Shown: piece after piece, positions 24,065 through 37,747 of the stretch
How positions within the stretch are numbered: the first letter of the stretch is position 1
Layout of the letters: every line of letters starts with the position of its first letter
Origin: Dicyema japonicum
Lineage: Eukaryota > Animalia > Dicyemida
Direction: 5' to 3'
NCBI GenBank assembly: GCA_011109175.1
Contig: RDEW01000003.1
Location: forward strand, 558,001-622,000
Length of the DNA: 64,000 nt
Program-made: the position numbers and the translations under genes
Notes under the pieces: model-generated
Database searches by the model: none
Told to the model about the DNA's origin: nothing
Seen by the model: the letters and a program-made list of their open reading frames with translations, nothing else

Positions 24065-26975
24065 TTTTCTTCACTTTTCAGGATCCTGAGCCAAATCCCT
24101 CAAGTAGTCCAGGTCATCTCCCGTAGTTAGAGATAATCCTATTCTCTTCAGGTCTTCATTCAGTGTCGTGGCCAGTGATGCTCTCGGACGTCCTCGGAAC
24201 TTCACCTCCTCGGTTTGAAAGTATTCCTCCATGGCAACATTAGCTGGAGTTTCGTTATTTCCCCGAAGGATGTGTCCAAATAGGCTCCAACGAAATTCCA
24301 TGATGTCTAGTGAAATCGGTTTAGAAGACGTAATATAGTATAGTTCTTGACTTCTTGTTATCATACGGTCCCAGCACGAATGAATCTTTCGTAATTGCCC
24401 CCGATGGAAGGAGTTTAGTTTTTCAATGTCATTTAGGGTTAATGACCAAGAACTTGCATTATATAGGAGTATTGGTTTGACTAACGAATTGTATAGTCGA
24501 GTTCTGATCTCTCGATTCAAGCCCTTCTTTCTTAGAAACCAATTTCTTCTCAAGTTGTATAAGGCCGTATTTGCTTTAATCTTCCGTGCAATGATGTCTT
24601 CTTTATCTCCAAGCAGGGATCCCAGCTTTTTAACCTTTCGCCAATGCTCTTCCAGAATAGATTCCTTCCTCATCAAAGTTGTCAGCTCTGTCTTGTCTTT
24701 GTTGATATTTAGTGACCATTTTTCGAATACTCTTGGTGCCGTCTCGAGTAATCCCAATAGGGCCTCCCCATTTTGCGAGACGAAGTCCACATCATCTGCA
24801 TAAGCTAGGATGCTAGTTCCCTCCACAAAAAAGGCTTGAGATCCCGTAGCGCAGACTCAAGATATGCAACAAAGAGGAGAGGAGACAATGGATCTCCTTG
24901 TGGAGTCCCAGTATTTGTCGAAAATGGCATGGCTTGAGTATTTCCAATTTTAACAGTTAGTTGTGTTTCAGCCAGTAGTGCCCTAATCATCGAAACTGAC
25001 GAGGCGTCGAATAGACCCGTGATAGATTCCAATAGTTTACAACGGTTTACTGAATCAAACGCTTTCGATATGTCAATCCCAAGGATCCCAAAAGATGTTC
25101 TAAATCTTTGAATGGTTGAACATCTCCATTTTAGGCTCCATAAGACGTCTGCCGTTGATCTCCCCTCGGGGAATCCACTATGGTATGGTGAAAAATAGGC
25201 TTCCAAATTCTCTCTTACACGTTCGAGAGTGATAATAGCCAGGATCTTCCTGATAACATTCATTAGGATGATCGGTCTCAAGTTTGTTACTTTTCCTTTC
25301 GGCTTATTTGGTTTGGGAACCGGAATCAAATAACTCTCTCCAATAAGTAACAACACACGTTCTTCAAACATTTTGTTCATGATCAACGCAATGATTTCGT
25401 AGAGGTAGTCACCGCCGTGTTTGAATAGTTCAGGACGTAGTCCATCCGGGCCCGCACTTTTATCAGGTTTCAGCCTTTCACATGTTAATTTCACCTCATA
25501 AGGTGCAATTTTCATTCCCAAATGAATGCCGAAATCACATTCTGAGTCGTATTTAGCCCCGACCTGAAGTGATCAGTAACCAACTCGGCAATCTCAGATG
25601 GGTTCATTATTCGTCTTCCATTTTGGTCGTATAATATAAAGGTACTCTTCTTATTGTGACATTTAAGTAGCCTAACGGCTTCGTAGTATCCCCTGTTACT
25701 TTTTAGCCCTTCCAGATGCTCTAATTTGTTTAAGGCATCACATCTAGTGGCAGTCCTCACTGCTTTCTTTATTGACTTATGCATTCTTGCTTTTTCTTTT
25801 CTGAGTTCATCTATTGTAAATTTATTCATAGTTTTCTTTTCCTGCATTTGCAGTCGAATTTGCCTCTGCAGTTTGATTAGATGAGAGATATCTTGACTTG
25901 CACTATTCACATTTATCCAGCTTGGAATCTCCATATACATTTCATCATATGTTTTATGCATCACCATTGATACGTTTTTCCATGCGTTTAAACATGATTG
26001 GTTCGTGTTAATATTCTCCAATTTGTTGGTTATTCGTTTTCTGTATATCTCCTTAATTTGTGGATCTGAGAAATTAATAGTCTTATTGTAGGCGTATTTT
26101 TTGGGTGGGTAGTATATTTGGAGTGTTTGTAATAGCTTACTCGAAATTTCGCAATGACCATCTTATGGTCAGTGTCAATGGACGAACCTCCGTAAGATCT
26201 CGCATTTGTCAATAATCTCTTATCTTTGCATCGACATATTATATAATCGATCTGGTTAAAAATATTGATTATTTCTCCGTTCTTTTTCTTGGTTGTCCCA
26301 CACCAAGTCGTCATATGTCTTGCAGCGTGAGCGAATGCTGTATTACATAAGAACAAATCGTTTGACCGACAGAAGTTTCCTAACAGCGTTCCAGGAAGGT
26401 TTCTTTTCCCCCTGCTGAATCTCCCCAAGAACGTTTCGTCGGTATCTGTTCTCCTCCCCACCTTGGCGTTCATATCACCAGCTATAAATAAAAGTGCGGA
26501 GTCGGCCAATTCTAAATATAAATCTGATAAATCTGAGTAGAAGTCATCAAATAGAGCCGGATCTTTGTTAATCCAACCACTGTGAGGTGCGTATACATTG
26601 ATAATGGAGACAATGTCAGTGCTTGCTTTGGCATTCATGAACTTCATTTGTAGAACTCCGATGCGGTCATTAACTGCCCATACTCTGTAGATATGGGGAG
26701 AAATTCCATTTTGATGGCAAAACCCAGTCCATAGTGCCTGTTGACAGTCGAAAGAAAGATCAATTTGAATTTACCACATGTTTCTTCGTGGTTATCTTGG
26801 ATTTTGGTTTCCTGTAGGCAACCGATTGCGACATCGAAATTATGTAAGTCTTGACAGAGGGAGGTCCTTTTCCAAGAAGAGGTTAGGTCAGCGAGAATTT
26901 CTCCAAAAGATAAGGTTCGTACTTTTCAGACATGTTAATACTTTATTAGAGCCACGTCACCAGCTCAACCAATGA
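24065..26975 (-). mobile_element. Near full-length RTE-like LINE (APE + RT) nested in the MULE
   Basis: Four consecutive ORFs, offset by frameshifts, give IINVYAPH...AGDMNAKVG...IDYII (APE), LRPIILMN...DISKAFDSV...GTPQGDPLSP...AYADDVDF (RT) and WSLFGHILR...GRPR. Confidence 0.95.
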
Positions 26976-27167
26976 GTAAATCAATTAATTAATTAAATTA
27001 TTCAAAAGTTTTTTTATTGTTTGTTAAATAAAGTGGGGTGTTCAAAAGTTTTATTATAATAAAAGAAATTAAAAGAGACAATAACTTATTAAATTTAGTT
27101 TTAATAAAAATAATTAATTTTTATTCCGAAGTCAATTAGTATCTTAAAATCATAGGGTTTGGAGGAC

Positions 27168-27446
27168 TTTGGTAAAATGTTCCGCTCACCCATAGGACCT
27201 CTTAAAATCAATTTTTATAAGATTTAAATAGATGATTTTTTTTACCTAAAGATGTCGAAGACCTTGGTAAAATGTTCCGCTCAACCATAGGACCTCTTAA
27301 AATCAATTTTTATAAGATTTAAATAGATGATTTTTTTACCTAAAGATGTCGAAGACCTTGGTAAAATGTTCCACTTACCCATAGGACTCCTTAAAATCAA
27401 TTTGTATAAGATTTAAAAAAGATGATTTTTTTACCTAAAGATGTCG
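27168..27446. repeat. ~95-bp subterminal tandem repeats of the MULE (3 copies; inverted ~1.5 copies at 22380-22515)
   Basis: GGTAAAATGTTCC recurs at 27171, 27266 and 27360. The reverse complement of the unit occurs at the other MULE end. Confidence 0.92.
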
Positions 27447-29329
27447 TTTCGCTAAAATCTCTTGATGTTTATTGATGAACTTACCAAAACCTGAGAAAAT
27501 TAATTGGAGGCCATTTTGAATGAACCCGGTTATTTCTTTTTCATCTATTGCATTTTTTCAGAATAATGTATAGACATAAATTATTCGATTTCAATCGGAT
27601 GGTGAATATCCGTATTAGATAATATTTCTTATGTTCACATTCACTAAAAGTGTGCAGTACACGATTTTTTAGAATTTGAAAACAATTTTGATTGTTTTAG
27701 GTGATACATTTCCCAGGCCATTTTTATAAATAGAACATTGTTTTTAAGGTTCAAATTGTTATGATTCATAAACTGACATGTTTTTTTCTAATAATCTACT
27801 AAGATAACTGCAATTTGTGTCTATTAAAGTAGACTTTAAATGTTTTGATAATTCCCAAATCCATTGGCTGAATTATTCCTGTAGCATTTTTAGGAAAGAA
27901 CATTATTTTAATATTTTCCAAATTAGATGGTTAACAATGAGAAGACAATTATCTATAAGAAGCAAAATTGATTTCTTCTCTGCCCTCAAAAGGTTATCGA
28001 AATTTATCATCCCCTTAATAAAAATAAATCGGTCATCCATGTTGTTTTGGAACTGTAATACGAAGCAGAACACCGATAATTATATATTTTTGAAACATCT
28101 TGGCATTTTTGATTTTTCAATCAATAAAGGCTTTAATTTATGATTTCCATACATATTTGTGCATAACATCACTGATCTTTGAAGTTCTTGTATCCTCCGA
28201 CGGAGTCTTGCAGATACTTCTGGATGGAATAAGTTTGTAAAAAATCCCAGTTCATCAAGATTATAAATCTGATCACAGGTATATGACTTTGAATCCTTTT
28301 GAATTTTTTTGAGAAACCCTTCAATATCGACACTTTTCTTAGTGCACATTTTCCCACGTAATTTCCTCATCCGAAATCCATGCCTTTTCTTAATTTTGGA
28401 TAAAAATCAAAAAGAGTTTTGAAAAAAAGAAATTTTATTATCAAATGAATAAAAATTATAAGTTTTGAAATAGTCGTGAGAAAGATGTTTAACGTAGAAT
28501 TCTGTTTTACTGGATATTAATTCATCGTACAACAATGCACCTTAAAATTTAAAAACACTAGAATACCTTTTGATTCCATCTAATCCGCTCAACAAGCTTT
28601 TCATCAAGTTGCGGGAACTTTGACTTTTTGACTGTTTTTGTTGAGGAATTTTTAGTTTTTTAATTGTTCAAAAATTGACTCACAAGATATTAAGATATCG
28701 TTAACTTTCCTTCGACAAATTTTCACTTAAAAAAAGGAAAATTTATTGGTGATTTCTTGGCATGATAATACGTTTTGTCGTTTTTATAACCCAATATTTG
28801 CACTTTTTGTTCGATAGTGAGTCTTTTAATCGACCACTAGAATCACAACGAGCTATGCTACTTGAATGAAGTTTTATTGTTTTAATTTTCAGTATTTTTT
28901 TATAATCTTTAAAAAATTCTGGCAAATTTCGGAATTGGCAAATTTCCACTAAAATTGGAATATTTCTTTAAAAATGGAAAATCTGAGAATTGGCAAATTT
29001 AGGAGAGTTTACTGTATTAGCAATGTCCGCGGAACCAGAAAAGTTAACTAATTTGAAATTCCACTTTTGCCATGCATCTCTAGATACGCGCTGTGAGTTA
29101 TTTCCATCCTCCCCTGTTTCTCGCATAAAAATGGAATAAGCTGTGAAATATACTTAAAGATTCATTGAACGTAAGTGCGTATAATAACATGATTTGAAAA
29201 TTTCATGATGCTTATACCCATTTCAATTGGTGGAGTGAATTTTGTTTTAACTTTTGTCGTTTTAAAATAAGGTCTTGAGTTACATACTGTATTTTTTACT
29301 CATCATTACTAGATCTTACGTTAATAACT

Positions 29330-29545
29330 GTGATTGCTCAGAGTCCGGAAAAAAATCCAGATTCGAATCTCGCTACTGAATATTCAGTTTGAAAGTTCTT
29401 CGCGTGATACTTAAAGCTTGACGAGTGTCGCCGTCATCAGTGAATAAAGACCTCACTAAAACGACTCAAGAACATTTCAACGATTAACTAGCACAACTGT
29501 TCTTTACTCCAATAAAGTGTGTCCCTTAAGCTAAGCAGTAAGTAT
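29330..29545 (+). mobile_element. Diverged copy of the tRNA-derived SINE
   Basis: A B-box-like GATTCGAATCTCGCT is followed by GCTTGACGAGTGTCGCCGTCATCAGTG and AACTGTTCTTTACTCCAATAAAGTGTGTCCC. Confidence 0.65.
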
Positions 29546-29775
29546 TATGCCTCCCGTTATGGGATATTATCATTCCTCGATCTAAGGTTAAACCAATTAC
29601 TAATGGACAGTTTGCTTGAATCAACGATTCAATCAAAATGGAATAAGCTGAGAAATATACTAAAAAAATCTTTGAATATCTAAAGACGACAACTAATTAT
29701 GCATTAACTCGGTAATTTCTGTATTTGAAAATAATTCGAGTATATAAATTTTATTGCAGCGATTTGGCGATAACC

Positions 29776-30973
<1,198 letters not shown>

Positions 30974-31154
30974 TCTGGTTTAGCTAGTTATTTGGGTTTT
31001 TGAAAAGAATTTTCAGATTTTTTTAATTTCATAATTTTTTAGTTTAAATGGAAATATTAGAATTTCTTAATATTGTTATGAATAATTTCCAATAATGGTT
31101 AATTTGGAGTATGTCGCGAGCGCTCAGAGTGACGACAATGACAGGTGCCAACAT

Positions 31155-31460
31155 AATAATAGCCTTTTTCACGGAGCCGTAATATTAGCTCCGCATAGGC
31201 GGGACACACACTTTATTTAAGTAAAGAACAGTTAATTTTAACTAATCGGAGAACCAATGAATGATTTTCATTTCTTTTTCTTGTGTATGGGTTTTTTTGA
31301 CTATCCAGTTCCGCAGTGAAAGTCCACTGATGAAGGAGTCACTTGTCAAGCCTTTTTTCATCGTAGATGCGTGGAACCTTCCACCAGGGTTACAGCAGCA
31401 AGAATCGAACGTGTAACCTAAGTCACTTTTAGCCCGACACCTAACCACTATGCCATCCGG
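31155..31460 (-). mobile_element. Full-length tRNA-derived SINE (306 bp) with 13-bp TSD
   Basis: The 5' head GGATGGCATAGTGGTTAGG...GTTCGATTC carries A and B boxes. The 3' end has a CGGAGC/GCTCCG hairpin and a TATTATT tail. A perfect direct repeat CAGGTGCCAACAT lies at 31142-31154 and 31461-31473. Confidence 0.9.
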
Positions 31461-31699
31461 CAGGTGCCAACATCTGTCATGTTAATTGAAAATTAATCAA
31501 TTCTATACTTAAGTTTTGGAATAATTTGTGCATTTTTATATAAAATCATTATTTTTACTAATAGAAATTAATCTTAGGTAATAAATAATAATTATTATTA
31601 TGAGTAAAAGTATTTTATAAAATATTTACACCAATTTTTGCTGGCATTCCATAATTTTTGACAATAAAATCAAAAAACTAACCCACTAATCACGTTTTT

Positions 31700-32600
31700 C
31701 TGATGCCTAACAAAATCACCATAAAAATACTGATGATTACAACAAAATAAAATCCATCCTCGAAGGACACGAACTAAATATATCAACTGCTCGGAAGTAT
31801 AGACTAAGAAAGATGGTTGAAAACCTCGTTTTAATAGACGGAGAGCTCTATCTTCAAGATTCTTTATCTAATCACAGGCTTGTACTTGCCTCAACCAACA
31901 CAGAGGAGATGCAAATAAACGCAGAAGAGATGACGCTAACCATTGTGGACACAATGCATTGGAAGAATTGTGTTGAAAACGATTCTGTTTTGTTAAAAGA
32001 GATATCATTCGTCAGGTGATAAGAGACTGCGATATATGCCATTCTGCGGTACCACTGAAACAATATGACGACGTAAGTCATATTTTAGTCGGATGTACCG
32101 AATGAAAGATTTCAGATTGATCTGATTTACCTTAAAGGTATAAGATTATGTTATCTCCAAGGTTTGTAAATGATAATGATCATTTTTTGGTTATTAACGG
32201 TCATTGACGTCTATTCGAAATATGCCATCACAAGGAATCTTAGAAATAAAAGTGGCATTTAAGTCGATGAAAAATTAAAGACATTTTCATGGATTATGGC
32301 CCGTGCAGATATTTACAGTCTGATAACGGGACAGAATTCAAAAATCTTCACATTTATAATTTATGTAAAGAATTCAAAATTACTCAAATCATGGAAGGCA
32401 GAACAATCCTCAGAGTCAGGGGATAGTTGGACGATTTAATCAGACGATCACAAGGAGTTTATTCAAATTGATGGCTTTGGATGATAAAAAAGTGAATAAA
32501 ACACATTCGAAAGGCTGTGTTTTTGTAAAATCAGAGAGCTCATTCATCCACATGTAAATTGGATTTTTTTATTTTCTAGGCGTAGTCCATTCCAAAGATA
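31700..32600 (+). mobile_element. Decayed stand-alone rve integrase (Ginger/KRBA2-like)
   Basis: Across frameshifts it reads C..C...ERFQIDL...LTVIDVYSKY...LQSDNGTEFKN...NPQSQG.VGRFNQT. No gag or RT is seen nearby. Confidence 0.72.
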
Positions 32601-33299
32601 TCGTGGTATTCCTGGATTCCACACAGTTGTGGAATCAGATGTCAAGGAAATTCCAAAAAATTTTAATATGGAAGAATTGAAAGTTGTAGAAAATCCCGAC
32701 ATTAACAATAAAGGTATTTTATTTTTATTAGTAAAGATGATGAGTACCAGTTTAACTTTAAGAGGGTGAATTTGCAGTCTTCATATTATAGAAGAATGAA
32801 TCGGAAGATGGGAGTGGATCGATAAAAATATGAGTTTGATGTTGGAGATATTGTATTCTATTTTTAATTACTTAAATGGTCGTATTCAAAAAAATTATGG
32901 GACGAATACTTCTCTTCGATTGAAAAAATTTGAACATCCGTATAGGGATCCAATAACAATTGTCGAGAAATTGTCTAATAATTTTGTCAAGGTCAAAGAA
33001 TCTTCAAATCATCCTTGGAAGCCATAAATCAAGAATGGTTCTATACAAGATGTATAAACATTGACAAAATTTCCTGACTATTGAAAACGTAGAAGCGATT
33101 TCAACATCGCGGTAGTTTTTCGTTTTTTGTTATTTAATTTATAAAAACACTTCGAGTTCACACAAACACCAAGATATTGCAATTGTTCCATGCATTCGAT
33201 TGCTCCAGTATTAAAACACATTTTTGACTTATTTTTGTTGTTTACATTACATAAACTAGTACCCTTTTCAAGAGATAAGGATAAACCTTTATCTCGGCA

Positions 33300-34500
33300 C
33301 CAACATTTAATTTTTCAATTTGGGTTGAAACACATGTCCTGGAAATCGATTTATTAATGATAAGATCAAGCAGAAGTATATTATCAGCATAAATAATTTC
33401 GAATTTAAGTGTTCAATCTTCGGAATGTCACACATAACACAATTGAAAAGGGGACTTAAAACAGATCTTGTGGTACCCCTTTTTTTAACAAAATTTTCTT
33501 CGATATATGATTTCCAACAGGTATAAAAAATTCTCTACCAGAAAGAAAATCTTTCATTCACACAAGTGCCTTTCTTCCAACATTAAAATTTGACAGTCTT
33601 CAACTACTCAGCATGCCAAACGCTATCAAAAGCCTTTGATATGTCCAGGCATACCGCTGTAAGACATTCTCTATTCTTCTTAGCAACACATATAAAATTT
33701 GATAACATTGAGACATAATCTCCAGTCCCTCTAGTAGGGCGGAAACCCCACTGATCATCGAGAAAATTTTTTTTATCTTCAAAATACTTTGATAATCTGT
33801 TGAAAATAATTTTTCCATGATTTTTGAGATGCTACATATAATGCTCATTGGCCTACAGTTTTCTGGATTTAAACTAGATTTTCCTTCTCGTACAAATGGC
33901 TTCTTCCACGTTGAAGGAACATGTCCAGAACACCAAAAAGAATTAAATAAAGTCCATAACGTTTTCAATAATGGTATTCAAGCATTTCAGAAGACAGTCA
34001 GGGGGACAAAATCCCATTCCGGAGCTTTATTTTTGCATCCATTAAAATCAAGAATTATCTCCTCCATAGAATTCGTCCCACACAAGCGAAGATGGCTCCT
34101 CTTCAAGAAAACTAGTATGTATGCCTGTGGGATTAATTAATAGAGGATCCAATTCTTGTACCTGCAAGTTGTTGTCTTAAGACATCTGGAACTTTTTCTA
34201 TCGGAAACCAAGAGCCGTCACGAGACATAATTTATCTCTTCACTTTTCCTATCCAAAGAATTCATTTTAGAAAAAAGTTTCCAGAATTTAGGATTATTAC
34301 GATAGAGTTTTGAGCATTCTCTCTTCCATCTATCTTCTTCAATAATTTTTGATACTTTTATCAATACATTCGTAATAGACTTGATTCTCTCTTTATGACA
34401 ACAAGAATCTTGTGGATCCAACATCGTCTCAATTTACCTTCCAAATTTCTCATTTCATGAAGCAAACGACATTCCCCCATTCATTAATTTATTGTTATGT
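33300..34500 (-). mobile_element. Degenerate jockey-like LINE RT
   Basis: KSSLNPENCRPMSIICSISKIMEK, CLDISKAFDSVWHAE, IIYADNIL. Confidence 0.75.
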
Positions 34501-34519
34501 GGAGATAGAAATCTCCCTC

Positions 34520-35830
34520 TTCCATAATCAAGATAGTTTAATATAAAATTTCTTAATTTTACATCCATATCCACATGAATTTAAAATTTTCAATTCCAGA
34601 CATCGTACAGCCCAATGACCTATTAGTATGTGGAGACCTGAACGCGAAACATCCGATGTGGTTCCAAAACCAACCGGAAGACGCCAGAGGAACCCACCTG
34701 CTATCGACGCTGAAACAACTTGTAATATTAAACAATCCCGTATTCAACACAAGAACCCCTTACAGAGCAAAGGAAAGAACTTCCCTCTTATTTCGTTCAT
34801 TGAAAAGAAAACTATGTTATGGCCAGAATACAAAAATGTCAACTGGAGTTTGTTCTCACACTTCGTCGACTATAACCTGCATGGTTTTGACCCTAACAAC
34901 TTCAACTCTCTCGATAACGCTTTACTCTACTTCAATAGTGTACTGCGTGAGGGCATGAAGACTTTTATCAAAAGAAAGCCAGTCTACTTCACGAAAAGCT
35001 CTCCGCGCACCCAACTCACTTACGAAGAAAGTAATAGCCTAAAAACCTACAGAAACAGTCTTGGGAAACCAGGACGAAAATTCGAGCCTTGAAAAGTGAT
35101 CAGATACAAGGCTAAGATAAAACCGCCTCCTTGCGAAGATCTAGAGAACAAGAACTTTTTAAACAAGATTATAAAATTTTAATCCTCCGTGAGCTTTATC
35201 CCACATCAAAAAACTGAGGGTCTATCCACATCCTCAACAAATTCAAAACCCGAGGCAATTTCGAACAGCCTTTCGATGGACGTCGTGCAGAGAAGCTATT
35301 CAAAATCAGAAATCGGCTTACGCAAGTGGTCCAGATGGAATTCCTCCAATTGTACTTAAAAAGATAGGCTCCTACATCATCTTGGACTTGACCAGAATTT
35401 ACAACCTCTCCATCAGTAGGAACTCGATTCCCACTATATAAAAATTTACCATATTTGGCACATCATAAAAACCTGGACGGCTGAAGGACTCACCAGCTTT
35501 GTACAGACCAATAACCATCCTGTGTGCCACCTCTAAAATCCTGGATAAACTCATTCTTGATCAGAATAAACCTTACCTCCCAGACATATTCTTCCAACAT
35601 GGATTTAAGAAAGATTGTTCCACAACAACCCATTTAACTAGCTTGACAAAATCATCAAGGAAGGCCTTCAACGTAAACCTCGGCATCAAAAGACTATTAT
35701 GTGTACAATTGACATACAGAAGGCTTTTGACTCAATACCAAGGAAACTACATACTAGGAAGATTTATGGCTCTATCATTCTAACAACCTAAAATTTGGTT
35801 CGCTATTTCCTCAACGGACTAAGAGGAAGA
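34520..35830 (+). mobile_element. Degenerate jockey-like LINE (APE + RT)
   Basis: LLVCGDLNAKHPMW (APE) and YRPITILCATSKILDK (RT). Related sequence lies at 12330-12410 and 56720-56870. Confidence 0.75.
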
Positions 35831-35849
35831 GTAAAAAGCTATCTGGATA

Positions 35850-37260
35850 AGCTATCTGAGGAAGAAAGCAACATTCCTTCGGATTTGGATGAATTGTTTC
35901 CATACAAAGCCAACGGGAAAATTATGTTATATCAACATTGTTGTCATCAAGACAGTTGAAAGTATTCCATGCAATGGCTTTAAACGTATTTATGTAGTTC
36001 TTTTAATGTGTCCATTTTGAGAATATCGGGTTCTTGAATTTTATATTTTCGGTTGAGGAATTCTATGATTGTGGCCATATGAGTTTTCTTTGATTTGATG
36101 GCCCGTAGAATTCTTACTTCCTCAGACAATATCATGATTTATTTTTAACATCCCATAGGAATTGGAGGAGCATGCGTTCACTTTTGTGTGTAATGGAGAC
36201 TAGACCCCTTCCGAGCTGATCTCTTGGTATATAAAGTCGTTCTTTGTTTCCGGGTTTAAAGTAGATCTTATGATTTACAAGGATTTGCGTATATCCTTGT
36301 CAATGAGTTCAAGTTCAGTCGGTTCGATATCAGTTAATCCGATGTAATAGTTGTAGAGAGATAAGGCATGCTCATTCATGGCCTTGAACAGGTTCCCAGA
36401 ATTTAATTTTGTTACTGCCAAGTTGTCAATTCTATTCTTAACTCCATCAAAAATTGTCTTTAGAACTTTGTTTTTCAAGACAATGCTATTTTTGTCCACC
36501 AACACACGAAGGTATTGATATCCCTTCATTCCATCCAGCATTTGGCTTAGGAGCTCAACCCAGAAACATTAGTAGCCGATATTTCTGCATTTGGTTCAAG
36601 TCCAGCAGCTTCGAAGAAAATATTAACTTCAATCATCATAAAAAAACATTGTATCTTCTTTGTGGGAAAATATTTTCAAGTCGTCCATGAACAGTCGATG
36701 ATTTGTGGTGTACGCAAGAGATCCTCGATCAGGGCAATCTATGGTCACCTTTGGGTACTTTGCATTCAAAATCCTGCTGAAAGGGTCCAACAGAAGTACA
36801 AAGATTTGTGGTGACAACGAATCGCCTTGCAATCCCTCGCTTCAATTCAACTTCTCCAATTTCTTTTTAATGAAAGTTGAGTCTGAATTTCCATTTGGTT
36901 ACCAAATTCTTAATGAAACTCACGATCCAGTATGGCAGTCCAGAGTTGTCCATGACTTTGTATAACAAGTCATGATTGCAGAACGTTGCGCTCAGTCAGA
37001 AGGAAATAATTAAGTAAAATTTAAAAACGGATCAATTTCACACTTTTGAGGATCAAATGTTATCAAACTACGACTCAAGGAATTATGGAGAGATATGTCT
37101 GCAATATTATCACTTTTGAATGTATTCCTCGTTTCATAAGTTGCGAGTCTCTTCTCCAATATCCTTATCCTGTGCTTGATTATAGTAGTAACTCTCTTAA
37201 GTTCCCCTTTTGACTTCTTACATCCATAAGGTGTCAATTGATGTATTGCCATATTGAAGA
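35850..37260 (-). mobile_element. Degenerate R2-like RLE retrotransposon RT region (family C)
   Basis: MQGDSLSPQIFVLLLDP...NHRLFMDDLK, YQYLRV...KLNSGNLFKAMNEHALSLYNYYIG, GNKERLYIPRDQLGRGL. Confidence 0.82.
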
Positions 37261-37439
37261 GTTAATCCCGAGAGAATTTCTGTGTTGAGAAGTTGGAAGG
37301 GGACTTTTTGGTAGGCTTCCGTAATACACGAGGCATGGATTTTACTCTATTAATTTGTACACAAAATTCACTTGAACAAACTCTAAAATTAGAGATTTCT
37401 GTGCTGTGTGCATTATTCCCAGGATATCGATTTGGACAT

Positions 37440-37739
37440 ACCAAACCTTCATTGAAGAGATGTTAAAAAGCCTGATATTATGTGCACGTTTTAACAAATT
37501 TATTTAAGGAAATTTCATTAACCAGAAACACTGTTGTTGGACGAATTGATGAAATGATGGTTGATTTGAAACAAAGTTGAAGTCTGCTTTATCAAAATTT
37601 GAACACTTTTAAGTTGCTATTGAAGAGACCGTTGACACAGCTAGACAGCTTGCAGTTTTTATCAGGGCTTATGGCAGGGTATTTAATATTTACGGATAAC
37701 TGATTGAACTTATTTCAACACATAAGTTGATATAAATGA
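37440..37739 (+). mobile_element. GTF2IRD2-like hAT fragment, interrupted by the next element
   Basis: SLTRNTVVGRIDEM...FEHF*VAIEETVD...QLAVFIR. It is closely similar to the reverse complement of ~62090-62350. Confidence 0.75.
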
Positions 37740-37747
37740 GTGATCAC

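Larger units (their letters stand above)
22274..27528 (-). mobile_element. MULE DNA transposon nested in the pogo element
   Basis: FLYWCH region (GNLFHL...YWRCSDRTC...HNH) and MULE domain (VSDFEKGAINS...NCCMFHLGQN) at 23042-23986. Inverted ends carry TTCAAAATGGCCTCC and 95-bp subterminal repeats. The flanking direct repeat GTTATTTC is at 22266-22273 and 27529-27536. Confidence 0.9.
21876..29014 (-). mobile_element. pogo/Tigger-like DNA transposon (outer element of a nest), TA TSD
   Basis: TIRs CAGTAAAATCTCCCAAATTTGCCA (21876) and reverse-complement CAGTAAACTCTCCTAAATTTGCCA (ending 29014) are each flanked by TA. Transposase pieces include QIYNLDELGFF (28080-28370) and the C-terminal KKKQMGIEFF (22043-22282). 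Confidence 0.88.

Noticed and set aside
29420-29445. CTGATGA on the SINE antisense strand as a hammerhead core
   Set aside because: It is followed by a hairpin and TCAAG rather than GAAA, and no stems I/III can be formed.
29126-29680. ~40-nt direct repeat (AAAATGGAATAAGCTG.GAAATATACT) upstream of actin as a regulatory module
   Set aside because: There are only two copies, separated by SINE debris, and nothing distinguishes it from a small local duplication.
37610-37699. Stop-codon reassignment suggested by shared in-frame TAA codons
   Set aside because: The two TAAs replace different expected residues (Ser and Glu) in a dead transposase. Host genes have no internal stops and end in TGA, TAA or TAG.
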